Assembly: GCA_965637545.1 (NCBI GenBank)
Contig: OZ281494.1
Span: forward strand, 16,554,001-16,618,000
Source of the DNA: Phallusia mammillata
Lineage: Eukaryota
DNA: 64,000 bases
Direction: 5' to 3'
The notes below the pieces were generated by a model that ran no database searches, was not told the DNA's origin, and saw nothing but the letters and a program-made list of their open reading frames with translations. This document shows positions 39,401 through 51,818 of this stretch, one piece after another (the stretch's first letter is position 1; each line of letters opens with the position of its first letter). The position numbers and the translations under genes are program-made.

Positions 39401-42400
39401 TTTTGTCGTAACTCGCATTGCACGTTTAAGAAAAATGAACGTTACGAACAATGATATTTGTTTTTAGGTCTTGCTGTTGACGAAGTCCAGGACAAGATAA
39501 CTGAGTCGACTGCTCGTCTGCAGTTGGCCGCTAAGCAGGCTGCTGAATGGAAACCAAAACTAAAAACCGGAACTGAAGCGTTGCGTAGATACCGGGCGAC
39601 CTTGGGCGCTATGCAACGGTGGATGGAGAAGTCGGATGGGGTTATGGACGAGGAAAGGTCAACTAAAGAGCGACTTACAGTTCATCAGGTACATTTTGTA
39701 CATGTTCAACCTTAAAAAGTTTAGAAGCAATGTATTTTGTAAGGATCTTTGAGAGAGAGTTTAAGGTAATACTCAATTTGTTGCCAATCGAGAATCGTTT
39801 CCTTCTATCGTTGCTTGCTTTATTGTTTGATTTAAGTCATGTTTTATATAGAGTAGGTTTCTGTTGAACTCTCTATTTTTCACATTACCTTACTTAATAC
39901 CTTGCAGTGACGTTTGAAACCCAGCATTGTGTTTTTGTTAGGAATTTTTCTCGGACTTGGAACAGACGCCGATCACGGGATTTCTTCAGGCCAGCGATCA
40001 ATTGCGCAAAGTGCAGACGTCACAGGTCGAACGCGCATCAGTTTATGACGTCACCAAGCAGATGCAGCAGCAGTATCAGGCGATCTTGAAAAAAGCGTCG
40101 ACCAAATTAAAGCAACTAAAGTGAGTAGGATTTCGAAGTATATTTCTGTTAAACTTGGGCTTACTTATAATTTCTAAGTAAACTCCATGTGAGCACATTT
40201 GTACTCCTCACTTTAGAACAAAACGTGCAAATTAACCTTATTTGTTGCTGGTGAACATTCTAACTAGCTATCGATTGAAATTCAGTCACGATAAATTAGC
40301 AAAAACAACTGATAGACATTAGCTGAAACTTTGGCAAAAATAATGTATATTAGCACTTAGCAGATATATTTACCTAATATGTACAGTGTTTTGATTTTGC
40401 GTTTAAATACTTGCCATCTATGCCTAGGTACAATGAGGCAGAAGAGGAATTTTCAAGTTTACTGAATGAATGTCGAGAAAGGTTGGCGGACGAGGAAAAA
40501 CGGTTAAATAACAAATCAATATCACCTGAAGAGCTGGTGGAAGAACACAAGGTAATAAGGCAATGGCAATCGGCCATAGATACGAAATCTCTCCAAACAC
40601 TTCAGGTAAAAGCACAAAGTTGTCATCAGTTCTCACGTTTACATAAAACAGAAACCAAATATGAATGCTCACAGAAAAAATGTTTCGTCCAATTTAAAGC
40701 AAAAACGGTATTTTTAATCTAAAGTGCTACAATAATCTCGAATTTGTAGAACTGTGCTGTTCTTGTAATGGAGTTAATATATAAGTTTCAACTTTCTTCG
40801 TTTTAGATTCAACTACAGGCTCCTCTTGACCGACTCAGTGAACTTCTTCAGCAGTTGGAAGAATTGGGCACGAACCTCTCTAGTGATGATGCTGACCACC
40901 AGGTGGTGCCGTTAAGCGAGCTGAGAGAAGAATACGAGAGCTTACTAGCGACAGAAGAGAGAACGCACAAGTAAATACACCACATTTTTTTGCCTTTTGC
41001 TGGTTCACCCTCCTGACATAATAAGATGTTATCATAGCTAAGCAATACCTTTATATGTTCTGGAGGCCTGGCCGATTATTATGAGTAATATGACTTGAAC
41101 AAGATTTTGGGCGGGAACTTGGCCGAATAGCCTGGCGCGCCTGACCCATATACAAAACCTGATCGGGATTCGTCCCCGGGAGTGTCCTGCGGGTTCGAAC
41201 CCCGTGAACGACAAAGGGCAATTTTCAGTTCTCGGACTGTCGCCTGATTGTCGAAAAATACAATAAAAAAACAAAACAAGATTGTCATTACAAAAAACAA
41301 AAATCTTAAAAAACACTTTTTAGAACGGACAGTGCTGTTTTATTTTGTTTGCTGCTTTGAGTGAAATCAAATTGTCATGTAAAATTGTCATGTGTTTTCC
41401 AAAGTGGTTTTCTTACGTTTTTAATGCTTCACATTTAATATTATCGTGGACTTTCTAAACTCTAACAACTTTTTAGCAAACTTACACAAGTACCCGAGAA
41501 ACAACGTGAGTTCCAGCTTACTCTGGCAAAGGTACAGGACTGGGTAAAAGACGCCGAAGATATTATTGAAGTCATTCACAAACCCATGGACGCTGATCCC
41601 GTTCGTTTCAAGGTCGGTAGTCAACAAATTTCTTGTGTGTTTTACAAAATGTATACGATACAAATTTGTTGCTTACTAAAATTTAATCTTTGTATAATCT
41701 GCTCACACAAGTCATGTAAAAAAGGAAAAACAACAAGGTTTACGTATGACATCCAAAGAGCTAATGACAGTTATGTATATTAATGGACACTATAGTTATG
41801 GACAAAATGCTATTTTAAATGTGCCGATTGGTTGTTCATGCTTTTCATGTCTAGCGTACATAAAAATCGTTTTGATTTTTCGAAGCTTTTAATGTTCTAG
41901 TCTTAATGTAAAATTACTTGGTTTTCAGGAAATGACAGATAAGTTCGGTGACGTCACGCGGGGAAAAGAAGAGCACTTGGACGCCCTCGAGTGGCTGAGT
42001 TCAACTCTTAATCATCTGGCAAAGTATCTTCCTGAAGAAGAAATCGAAAAAGACTTGGTATTAGGAAATTTTTGTACTAATAAAATATAAGCGTACCCTT
42101 TTTTGCTGGAATGTTCTGGTAATGATATGTGTACTTTTTCAATTTTTTGCTAATGTTTTACCGAAAAACTGTAACTATCTTCACACAGGAATCGTTAAAA
42201 GCTTGGAACGCAAGCAGTTTGTCGATTATCAACGCGTTTGACGTTACGGAACGACGACTTGCGGCAGCAGAAAGATGTCACAAGTACAGGGATGACATAC
42301 AGGTATGTTATGTGTTATATATTAAACTTATAAAAAGCTTCGCACAGACGAACTAAAAGTTTTAACATTTTTGTAAAACCCAGGTTTAATACAGAACAAC

Positions 42401-45400
42401 CGTCAAAGCGTTTTACAACAAGATCCGCACGTATTGTTATTTTTGCCGCTGCATTGCTGTTAGTATATGAATGGGTCTTTATATACATATAAATGGGTTT
42501 GCTAACCAATCAATTAGGCATATTTTTCCTTAAATACCTACTATAAATGTGCTTCTGTAAGCAACGAGTCAATGTACACAATATGTGCATGTACATTCGT
42601 GTAAAAATATCGCGAAATTTAACAGTTTAATTTCAGTCTAGATTTTTTATTCCATGCCCCTTCCCAGACCTTATACGCTTGTGTAGTGACTTATTTCTGT
42701 TGTGTGATGAACGTATTTTCCTGTTGTACTTTAGGAAACAAAAAATCTTATTGAGGAAGAAATAAAATCCCTGGAAAGTTTCAGCCAACAAGCCGAAAGT
42801 GCCACAATCGATTCTGAACAAGAAGCAAAGCAACTGTACGAAGCTTGTCAGGTGTGTGTACAGTCAACAAATGATGCAGTACGTTTTTAAGTATTGTAGA
42901 TTTTTCTTTGGAACACTATATACATATCCTAACACTATATACATATCCTATACATATACGCCGTTTTCGGTTCTATTCCACAACAAGCTATTTTTTACAA
43001 TAAATGCTCAGAAAAAAGTAAAAAATGTGCATCAACCATATAAAAAGCGAAATAGATTTCTCGATAGCTCTACTTTACTGCTGCCAATGCTTATACGATG
43101 TGTCATGTCCTTTAAGTCAAAAATTTTCCCTAAAAAAAGTTCTTTCTTGTGCAATGTATATGTAGTCACAGATCATTGTGATAACAACGCAGCATGGCAA
43201 ATTTTTTTTAAGTATCTTTAGCATCTCGAAACTTTCAAAGGGCCTTTCCGTTAATCCGCACCTTTTGACAAACCGGCGCACGTTCTGCTATTAGCCCTAT
43301 CGGATAGCCGCTCAACTAAGCGTCGCAATGTCGATGACCCTTGCCAAGGGTCCTGAAAATATCGGTAAACAAACACTAGAGCCCCGGACTCGGCTGTCAC
43401 ATTGCCAGGCTAGTAGTGTGTATTCTAAGCGCAAAACCGCATCAACTTCTAGCCCTACTTAATCTTGTCCTCAATGGCCCACTCGTATTTTTGGCCCCGA
43501 ACGTGGACACTTTTGCCATTGCTGCTGCTAGGGCTTTAGGGGTACCCGTCTACCTCTTTGTTACTTTGAGCAGTTTGTTAGCTAAAGGCAATCGTAAAAT
43601 CGTGGTTTGAAGATTAGCGTCGTGCTACAAGTGGAGTCGTATTTATTTGATATTGGCGAATTTTATATGCGACATAATGAATTTTAAAACCAACGTTACC
43701 TAGTCGGCCTTTGATTTTGTTTTACGCTTGTAGCTATGTGCTTGAGTGAATTTATGTCAAGATCAGCAGACTATTTTCTCTATTCTCTATATATATTTTT
43801 TTATTTTCTCTATTTTAGTTTGTTTAAGAAACGTATTTTGTAACTGAAAGGATGTTTGCAAATCAGCAAGTCTACGTAAGTTTTCTCAAATTCCCAATTT
43901 TGGATTGTTATCATTATTTTATTTGCCTGTAAAGTATTAATTCATTTCATAAAACTGTTGTACACCCTAGTTTCACGTTTGAAATATCGTAGACAATATG
44001 TTTGTAGCTTAGCTCAAACGTAACAGGAAAACGTAGTTGTACTTCAATACGCTGCACATCCTACCGTTTTCAAATCTCCGCAAGCCAACAACGCGAAGTC
44101 GTCTATGTGTACCCAACGTACAATGTAACCATTACAACGCCACATTGCTATTTAATACCAATCTTTTACTACAGACGGCAGTTAGCGGTCTTGAGACTCT
44201 TTACCAGAGGGTGACAACAGACGTAGGAGCTGGACAGGAGCTTCATGCTGATGAGCAAGTGCCAGCTTTTCTGTACACTGACGTTTCTAACCTGGAAATG
44301 CAGTGGGATAACTTGCAACAGGCTGCCACAGCAAAATGTGAACAGATCAAGGTATTTCATTGCGTTAGTGGCGTAGATTTTCTGGGAATGTTTGCTTTGT
44401 TGACGTTGGTATGCTTTAGTGACTTCTGTGCTTCTGTTTAAGATTGGTTTAGTAAAGTGGTAAGTGGAAAAGCTTTGAAAGCTTGATTCGGTAATTGGTT
44501 ATGATTGGATATTTATCGCGAAATGTAACAGACTTGCTAGGTGTTGTGTTTTTATTCACAATTCAAAGGGATACGAAATAGTAACTATTTAATGATATAC
44601 ATGCTGTGTTCAAAAACTGAAAATAAGCAGCACATATATGTGTATGGAATTGATATTTAAAGCAATGTTATTTATATATTTTAGTCAACTGTCGATGCTT
44701 GGGAACAAAACGAATATCTTTGCTCGGAATTATCGGAACTCATTGCACAGACCTTACCTACATTGAATGCAAAACTACGACTTAGCAACCTCAACTCAAT
44801 AAACCAAGAAATAGCGGCAAAGGCAGCTCTACGAAAACGTCTTGGATTAGGCGAGGAGGATTTAAACAAAATCAAGACCGAAGCAAAAACTTTGTCCAAG
44901 AAATGCAGTCCTGCCGGCAAGAAAGCATTAAACGACCAGATAAAAACATTGGAATCTGGCTTGTCTGAGGTTTGTAGTGTAGATTATTTGGTTTATTTGT
45001 CTTTATTTACGTTCTTGAAGAAGTTTGTCTGTAATTTATTTTTGAGTACATAGGAATAATTTTGCTAGTTTAAAATCAGCACAGTTTTTGATGATAGAAG
45101 TTATGTGGGGTTAATATGGGCGTACTAGTGATAATCAAATCTTTTGTTTAGATTCGCGAAAAAATTGATGCAAGCGTGGCGAAGGTGGAAACAATTAAAC
45201 AGGAATGGATTAATTGTGACGAACAGCTGTCAGAGATTGGACAGTGGACACAGGACATTCAAATACAGGTATACTTCGAAACCTCTTTCCAAAAAACTAT
45301 AATTAATTTTCTGCTATACCTTCTAAGAGCACTTTGCATGTTAATGACTGTTGCCTAAATGTAACGGAGCCGTGATTGGCAATATTTGTCAGAAATATGG

Positions 45401-48400
45401 TATTTGTATCAAAAAGGGCATTTTAGTAATAATTTGTCGAAATTTATATTTCTTCTTATGTTTTACCTTTTTTAAAAACCGACGCGACTGTTTCATATAT
45501 CTAACACACAAGGGATTTTAGTTTTTAGTTTGTTTAGTTCATTATTTTTTGCTTAAGTTTTAAATGCTGCAACGCGATCAATGAAGTGCTGGTTAAACCA
45601 ACACTTTATTAGCACTCCAGACCTCAAATCACAAAAAGCACGTTTAAAGGCACTAGCGACCAAGCACGCGGTGTAGAAAGGTGACTTTGAGATTGTAAAT
45701 GCTTACATTACGATTAGAAATTCGACAGTGCAGCGCAAAGGCAAATGATCTAAAACAACAGAGCATAGAAACACGCATAAATATCAAGCTGCTATTTTGA
45801 CAATTGTTTTAGAATCATTTGATTTTGTCAGTTTGGTCTTTACAAAGGCATTCCAGGGGAAAATAGTGCAAAACTTAGGGCAGTGCCAGTTGTATTTAAC
45901 TTAATCTAATCATTTCATGCTTTTGGTTTTGACTTTAAATAGTGATCTGTCAGAGCGAAGAAAAACACCATCAGTGTTAATTTCGGAAAATATCTCAAAT
46001 GACAATTATGTGACCACGTGGTCAGTTGGCATTTAAGGAAAGATTTGAAAGCAGGCAGATGTGTAGCAACGTAGCATATATCCATACTACAGTAGCATAG
46101 TATAATGCCGTATACTACACACAGTAAGCATCGCCTGTTTGGTAGCGTTAAGACGCCCGAACATTGGTATGTGTTTGTGGTTGGGCTTGTTGTATCCAGT
46201 CTGCGCTTGGCAAATATTGACATGAACTTCTCACATCTTTTTGTTTTGAGAGATTTCGTTAGGCAAGCCGCCAACGGACAGGTGTGTACCTAAAGGCGGT
46301 AACTTAACTAACGATTTTGGTTTCGAAATTCAAGGTTTCGGAAAAGATTGTCGCTTGTTTTTGCTCAGATTTTATACCACAATCTCACCAGACCCGTTTT
46401 ACAGCGGTCTGTATATTCCCATGTTGGGCAATGCTCAAAAAATCAAAATACATAAAATATGAAATAGGACCTCCTCTACAACGTATACCATTTGTTTTAG
46501 GTTAAATTTTGACAACACCGATAAGCACTTTTTGCTAAATTCATTTTGTTATCCAGGTTTCGGAAATCGAACAGTCGCAGGAAAGCGCTGAAGTTCAATT
46601 CAGCAAAGCTCAGGAGGCGGCTGGTCTTGTTTACGGCAAAGAACAAGAACTTACGAAACTCGAAGAGCGATGTTCGGCGATAGAAGGACTGGAAAGTCCC
46701 ACCACACTCGACGCTAAACTCGCTACTGTTAGAGGCAAATGGAAGCAGGTTGGTTTCAAATAACTTATTAGTTAAAAAGGTTAAGAAAGTATACAAAATC
46801 CTATGTAAATATAAAAGCTTCGAGCCAATACATGATAAACTGCAGACAGTGCACATAAAAAATAAAATTAAAATTAAATGATGGAAAAAAAGGTCATAAC
46901 AACAGTCAAGCATTTTTGTTAGGCGTTGCAAAGAAAATAACGGTGAATTTAAAAATTAACCATTTTAAGGTCCAAGCCCGTGTGGAAGCGCTTGTAAGCA
47001 GCTTGGGGGAACACCTGAGCCACCAGGACAAGTTTGACGCCACCAAGCGACAAGTGGAAGAATGCTTGACTGTCGCTGAAGAGGAGTTAGATTCGCCACT
47101 GGAGGCGTGCGGAAACTCCGATGACGTCATCGAGAGGAAAAATGATCACTTGGTATGTTTGTTACGCATATCTGTCTCTAGTTTAAACCGATTTGAATAC
47201 TTGATGCCAAAATGCGTTTTGTTTAATTTTCAAACTGCTGTCAGGCCACTTGATTTAATTCCGTTTGTTTGTTTAGAAATTTTCACACGGATTGGAACAA
47301 GTACGACTTGGTTTGACGTCACTACAAGCAGAAGCCAAATTGTTAAAGGATTCGCGATCCGCACAACTTGCGAACAAGGCGTTGCAAAAGAGGTTGGTAA
47401 CGTTTCTTCGCATGCGGAAGAAAGCAAACTCACGATTTCGGACAAAAAGTTTTTAGAAAGCATTTGAGAGGATTCTAAAATGACACAGCTGAAATGGACT
47501 GACAGTTTAACTTTCCTTTCTCCCCTAATTTGTATTTTCGATTTATTGCTTAGATACAACGATGTAACACAGCAAGTAAAAGCGCGTTCTAAGCTGCTTG
47601 ACGAAGCTCTTAACCAATGGCAACGCTACGAAAAAGATGTTAATGTCGTGCGCAACTTTATTGACAAGTAAGTGTGCTGTAAACATTTGCAAGTTGTTGT
47701 TGCTGGTGGAAAATCTTGGTTTGATTATCTCCGTACGGACGCCATGTATTGCTTACAAACATCTTCTTGACTAATATTTATTAAACATATGTTTTAAAAT
47801 TGATAAAAACTTAACACGTTCTTAACTTATCTTATTTTGTATAAGCAGTACATTTGCGAATTTTCTTGTTCAAAGTTTGAATTCATTGTGTTTAAAAAGG
47901 TGCGAAAAAATCGTGAGCGAAGACAGCGGTGGTTTGCCTGGCGATCAACAGAAGTTGAGAAACGAACTTGAAACTGCTGACAAGTTGTGCAAGTCTGTAC
48001 CAATGTACCAGGTGCGGAACACCAGTCTGTGTGTGCCAGGGTTAGGGAGTTGCCGAATTTTGGTCCCCAATACACAAAAAAAACACATAGAACGGATACT
48101 TTTTTCGAATACTGAAAATTACAGATTAATTATTCAATGTTTCCTGCTAAACGATTTTAATATCCCCTTTTAACCTCTTTAATCATTGGTTTTGCGAAAC
48201 TGGTTAATTCTATGAAACAGTAAACTTCTGTTAAACTTCAATTAGTAAAAAAGAGGTTTACTTTATTTACAATCCAGTGGTTCTTAGCCTTTTTTCTTGC
48301 TGCACCCCTTTCGAATCACCAAGCAATTTTCGCACCCCTTCTGTGATTGCTTAAATGACAAAACCATTGTAATTTAATTCCCCTCTGCATCCCCGCACCC

Positions 48401-49316
48401 CTTAGGAGCAGTTCTCGTACCCCTTGGGGGTGCGTGCACCCCTGGTTAAGAACCCTTGATTTACACCGTCTCTTGTCCAGGAATCAACTGCTGCGTTAAA
48501 AGGCCTTGTCGATGAACTTGCTGAGTTGGTTGAAGTTGACAGTGACCTTCTGCTATCACAAATCAGCGCAATGGTAAGTATTTGACTGTTACCTGGCCTG
48601 GTTTCTAGAATAACAGACACGATTCTGCTACACGTGCATGTTCTAATTAGAACACAATAATCGGCATTTGGTTGTTTTACATTAAACCCTTTTTTGCGTG
48701 GGTTTCCAAGGAGCGACATGAGTGGTTGTATATATTTTTTGCGTAACGCCTATACTCAAGCCGAAGACAATTCGTACTTGTTACAACCTAACGAGAATGC
48801 GTCGAATTACGTCAGTGAAGTTCTCTATTTCCAAGCTTCCGATTAACTTAAATGCCAAGAAATCTTGACGGCCTATGTTTTGGAAAACAGGAAATTCTAC
48901 TGAAAAATCTACCTCAACAATTTGCCGACCGAAAAAGAATCGTCGCCGCCGCCCTAAACTCCCACGTGATGTACGCCGACACAGTTGAGCGATTTACCAG
49001 TTGGCTGCTGGCCTTCGAAAAATCCCTTCGCGACACAACTGACGTGTTCCTTGATGACGTGGAACGTGCTGTAACCGTCATCAAAGTAAGATTTGTATGT
49101 GGTGATTGTGAGTGGTTAAGATTGTGGCTGGGATGTTTGGGATTGGACAGTTTGAATGCGAGAGGAATGGCGGGCAGTTGTTTTCTGCTCGGTGTGCGGT
49201 CGTTTGCTTGTGTTTTTAGTGTTTTGTCAGATAGTTTAGTGTTTTTGCAGCATGCCAGATTAGAAAAAAATGGGATTAGAACCTTGCAGGGACACTTGGG
49301 TTTGTCTGGTGAATAA
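24437..49316 (+). CDS. SYNE1: Nesprin-1 (SYNE1/2)-like: two CH domains plus spectrin-like repeats; ~1,840-aa KASH-less model, longer form may continue beyond the window
   Basis: 39 phase-consistent exons: 24437-24472, 24815-24899, 27583-27644, 28063-28158, 28302-28385, 28553-28645, 30079-30263, 30738-30943, 34011-34114, 34714-34869, 35101-35208, 35378-35542, 35692-35812, 35885-36045, 36856-37008, 37118-37270, 37568-37885, 38362-38505, 38982-39155, 39261-39348, 39468-39688, 39942-40120, 40428-40551, 40807-40970, 41477-41612, 41929-42057, 42189-42302, 42735-42851, 44175-44351, 44685-44969, 45152-45268, 46557-46748, 46970-47152, 47277-47392, 47554-47667, 47900-48011, 48481-48573, 48891-49085, 49251-49316. 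Motifs [75 protein letters not shown] and [19 protein letters not shown] are nesprin-type. Confidence 0.92.
27022..27058 (+). CDS. SYNE1: Alternative first coding exon of the nesprin gene
   Basis: ATG...[12 protein letters not shown] + G|GTAAAA phase-1 donor, which joins exon 27583 in frame ([11 protein letters not shown]). Confidence 0.5.
29198..29227 (+). other. 30-nt exon-like block with a consensus donor in the intron after CH1
   Basis: aatgaAG|ATTCGCC...ATG TTA CCG|GTAAGT; phase 0 matches exon 30079; TGACGTCA at 29259. Confidence 0.35.
31101..31182. mobile_element. Small 82-bp inverted-repeat element (MITE remnant)
   Basis: AGGACTCGAAT ... ATTCGAGTCCT perfect 11-bp inverted ends; internal degenerate direct repeat AGGA(C/T)TCGAATCC..A.GCAAA.TATTC. 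Confidence 0.45.
33648..33834 (-). mobile_element. hAT-type MITE (family 1, copy 2)
   Basis: CAGTGGTTCTTAACCT ... GGTTAAGAACCCCTG; reverse-complement homologue of 16378-16655 with a single internal unit; degenerate TSD ttgtaaac/ttgtaacg. Confidence 0.88.
34294..34594 (+). repeat. Degenerate tandem duplication (~160-bp period) in a nesprin intron
   Basis: AAGGATTGTTACAA...TAGAAAAAC.GG.AAAATA.GTACA.AAGCA...TCAAACTGGT...TTATTGTTTTGGGTC recurs at 34294 and 34454; an inner ~29-bp duplication TCGGGGAAGGCA.TCTTATT.TTTTG is also present. Confidence 0.55.
36133..36580. mobile_element. hAT-type MITE (family 2), 448 bp
   Basis: TIRs CAGTGTTTCCCAACCT and AAGTTTGGGAACCACTG; perfect 8-bp TSD GGTTAGAG (36125-36132 and 36581-36588). 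Confidence 0.92.
41113..41213 (+). other. tRNA-derived element (SINE head or pseudo-tRNA)
   Basis: A-box-like TGGCCGAATAG (41120), D-stem-like GCCG/TGGC, GGGA-TTCG-TCCC hairpin, T-arm GCGGG-TTCGAAC-CCCGT (41189-41205); the acceptor stem does not pair. Confidence 0.5.
48275..48458 (-). mobile_element. hAT-type MITE (family 1, copy 3)
   Basis: CAGTGGTTCTTAGCCT ... GGTTAAGAACCCTTG; colinear with copy 2; ends 22 nt before the acceptor of exon 48481. Confidence 0.87.
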
Positions 49317-49350
49317 ATGTGCAATTAACGTGTGTTAAATGTGTTGTGTA
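49312..49350 (+). terminator. Poly(A) signal overlapping the stop of the short nesprin form
   Basis: AATAAA at 49312-49317 contains the TAA stop (49314-49316) and is followed by GT-rich sequence. Confidence 0.55.
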
Positions 49351-49712
49351 TTTTTACGTAGTCATGAAGGCAGATGCAGCAGGACCGTAGTTACACCAGC
49401 AGTTTATATAGCTTGGGCATGTTCTGAAATTCAGCAAAAATTCAGGAAATTGAAGAGCAGTATTTTGTTGTTGTTTTGTGCTGTTTTTTATTTTTGTTTA
49501 TTTTTTTTATGTAAATGCACTTTTTTGTTTTTATTTGTGCTGTAAGTTGTACGTGTCCCGGTAGACAAATATCTATCAATTAGAGATTGTGAGAAGTTTT
49601 TTGTGTTATTTTTTAATCAAGCGACTGTTGTAAAGCTCCAAGTAAAGTATATTATAAAAATGGTAACAATACAGTTCATTTCGTCAAGATATACTTAAAA
49701 CGTACAGACACA

Positions 49713-51818
49713 CTAAAGATCTTTGTTGTACGGTGCGTTGAGGTCAAAGTAGACTGGTTGTTGTTGAGGAATCGGCTGTTCGTAACTATTTTCACTTGAA
49801 GTGGTTGTAATACTTTCTACATCCGGATCACGTCCGCTTGAACCATTGTCATTTTGAACAATATTGTCCAGAATCTGTGCTGAGCTTTTTGGTGCAGATA
49901 CCGTAGACATAGGTTTCAAACCATCTGTAATACTCTGAGGCAGTGATGCCTTAATTTGATCGTAGAAATGTGTCACGTGCTTTCCATCGCCATCCTGATT
50001 GGTTGAGATATCAATATCAATGTATGGCGGTAATGGAATTGAATCGTCAATGGTGTTGGTTTCGCTTTCGAGTCGTGTGTGAGATCCGGTAAACTCATTG
50101 CCGTACCTGGGACAACTTTTTGTTACATAACGTACTAATTGAAATTGGTAGCTTTAATATAGCATTTGAGGTTTGCATAATCTTTAAAAGCGGTGTATTT
50201 ACAAAAGCAGCGTAATTTACTACGAAATTGGTCAAACAAGCTAGCATTGTTCTGTTAAAACTTTGCTTGCCTTTTCCATATTTTTATGAATAGTCCTAAT
50301 GCGAACATAGGTAGTAGAACAGCAATCACGATCAGAACCGTTCGTAACGACTTTGCACCTAAAAAAATATTTTGTTGGAAAAGGCACTTGAGGTTATTTT
50401 ACCAACTCACCTGAACCTGGTATGTATTTATTTTTCAGTGTGTAAATGAGATTGGTTTTTGATAGATCGTGATCGGCAGCGTAATAGAATGAGTTGTTCC
50501 ATCCGCCAGTCACCGCTATACGGACAAATCCTAGCAGTTGGTTCGTTTGGGCTTGTGGCCTGTAAAAAATGTTTTCGTGACCTGATTCGAATTTAAAAAA
50601 ATCCAATATTTGTTTTGGTACAACTTGCCATTTAAATGCTCTTACTTAACGCTTAAAAATTAGGTAGGCAGAAAAAAAATGCCGATTTGTTTGTGAGACT
50701 CCGTACCTTAAGTATCCCATGACAAGGCCGGGTTTGGCCTCAATCAGATGCCGTTTGTTGATGCAGCGATACAAATATTTATTTGGAGCTCTCCACAAAG
50801 TCGACAGGTCGCCCAATGCCCCAAATCCTGTCGGGCATTTCATTCTCCAGACTTGCAGAAAAGTATGCGAGTAAAATATTCGAGTTATTTGTGTCGGTGT
50901 TGCTACGTCATCACCTTCGATGCTGAAAAAAATTCACTTTGACTGTTTGTTTTTGAACTCAGCAGAATATTTGTCTGCCCTACACTTAAAATGTCGGACC
51001 AGTGCGGCGATTTCCAAACTTTTTAATCGGTTGCTCATACCACGCACTGAAAACCTAAAAATATCGATAACCATGTGGCCAAGAGCGATTTTTACAAATA
51101 TGAATACATAGAAGCAAGTAGTACGACTATCTTTATATAGTAGTACCAGCTCCAGTAGCCTTTTGCTCCACCGTTGTAAGCCAAGGACTAGATTGCAGTG
51201 TAAAAAATAATGTACTGGACACCGTACTACGAATGCGATTTTTTTCTGTAGCACTTCTTTTTATCAAACAAACACCTCAGACCCCATCAAAAACTTATTG
51301 TCTGCAAATTCTTCTGGCCTTTTTCAACATAAGCTTGTCTTGAACTGTATTTTTTTAGACTTACCCTGTTACAACTGGCATGAGTAGTTTTGGGTAAGGT
51401 TTATTTTCCTCTAAATGTTGTCCGACGATATAATAGCCTGATGTTCGAACAGGTTCCCAGATTGTAAAATGTTCATTTATGGTTCGTGTTATATTTGACG
51501 CTGGCCTCATCAGCACGCGGAGTTCGCATCGTGATAACGTAAGACCTGCATTAGTTAGGGAATTTATTTTAAGTTTCCGCTTGATTAAGAGGAATCTTCA
51601 AAAGTTTGACTTTTCGTGTGAAGTATAATAAACAAAAACACACCAGCAAGCAGCAACAACATCTGGAATCGACTTTGACTTAAATGTACTACAGTAAAAA
51701 CTTTTTTCTTAAGACTTATAGTGTAAAAATTTGCTTGCCTTATCACACAGCTTGGAAAACATATTTTATGTCATGACTTACCTGCAAAATAACACATGAA
51801 AGTCAACCACGTATGCAT
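49713..51818 (-). CDS. Receptor A: type-I membrane protein with Vps62/DUF946-like ectodomain and Tyr-motif tail (~354 aa)
   Basis: Exons 51818-51782, 51545-51365, 50922-50707, 50559-50411, 50358-50271, 50106-49713 (1065 nt, open frame). Signal MHTWLTFMCYFAGLTLSRC; FTIWEPVRTSGYYIVGQHL; VWRMKCPTGFGALGDL..YRCI; TM TVLIVIAVLLPMFALGLFI; tail with PPYIDI, HFYDQI, PVYFDL. Confidence 0.8.

Noticed and set aside
43220-43600. GC-richer intronic block with weak inverted ends (CTTTAGC/GCTAAAG)
   Set aside because: TIR too short, no TSD and frames interrupted by stops; probably an old repeat but not classifiable.
50934-51254. 106-aa minus-strand ORF inside receptor A
   Set aside because: Exons 51545-51365 and 50922-50707 join directly in phase 2 and give a continuous Vps62-like sequence; this ORF lies in the intron and has no recognisable motif.
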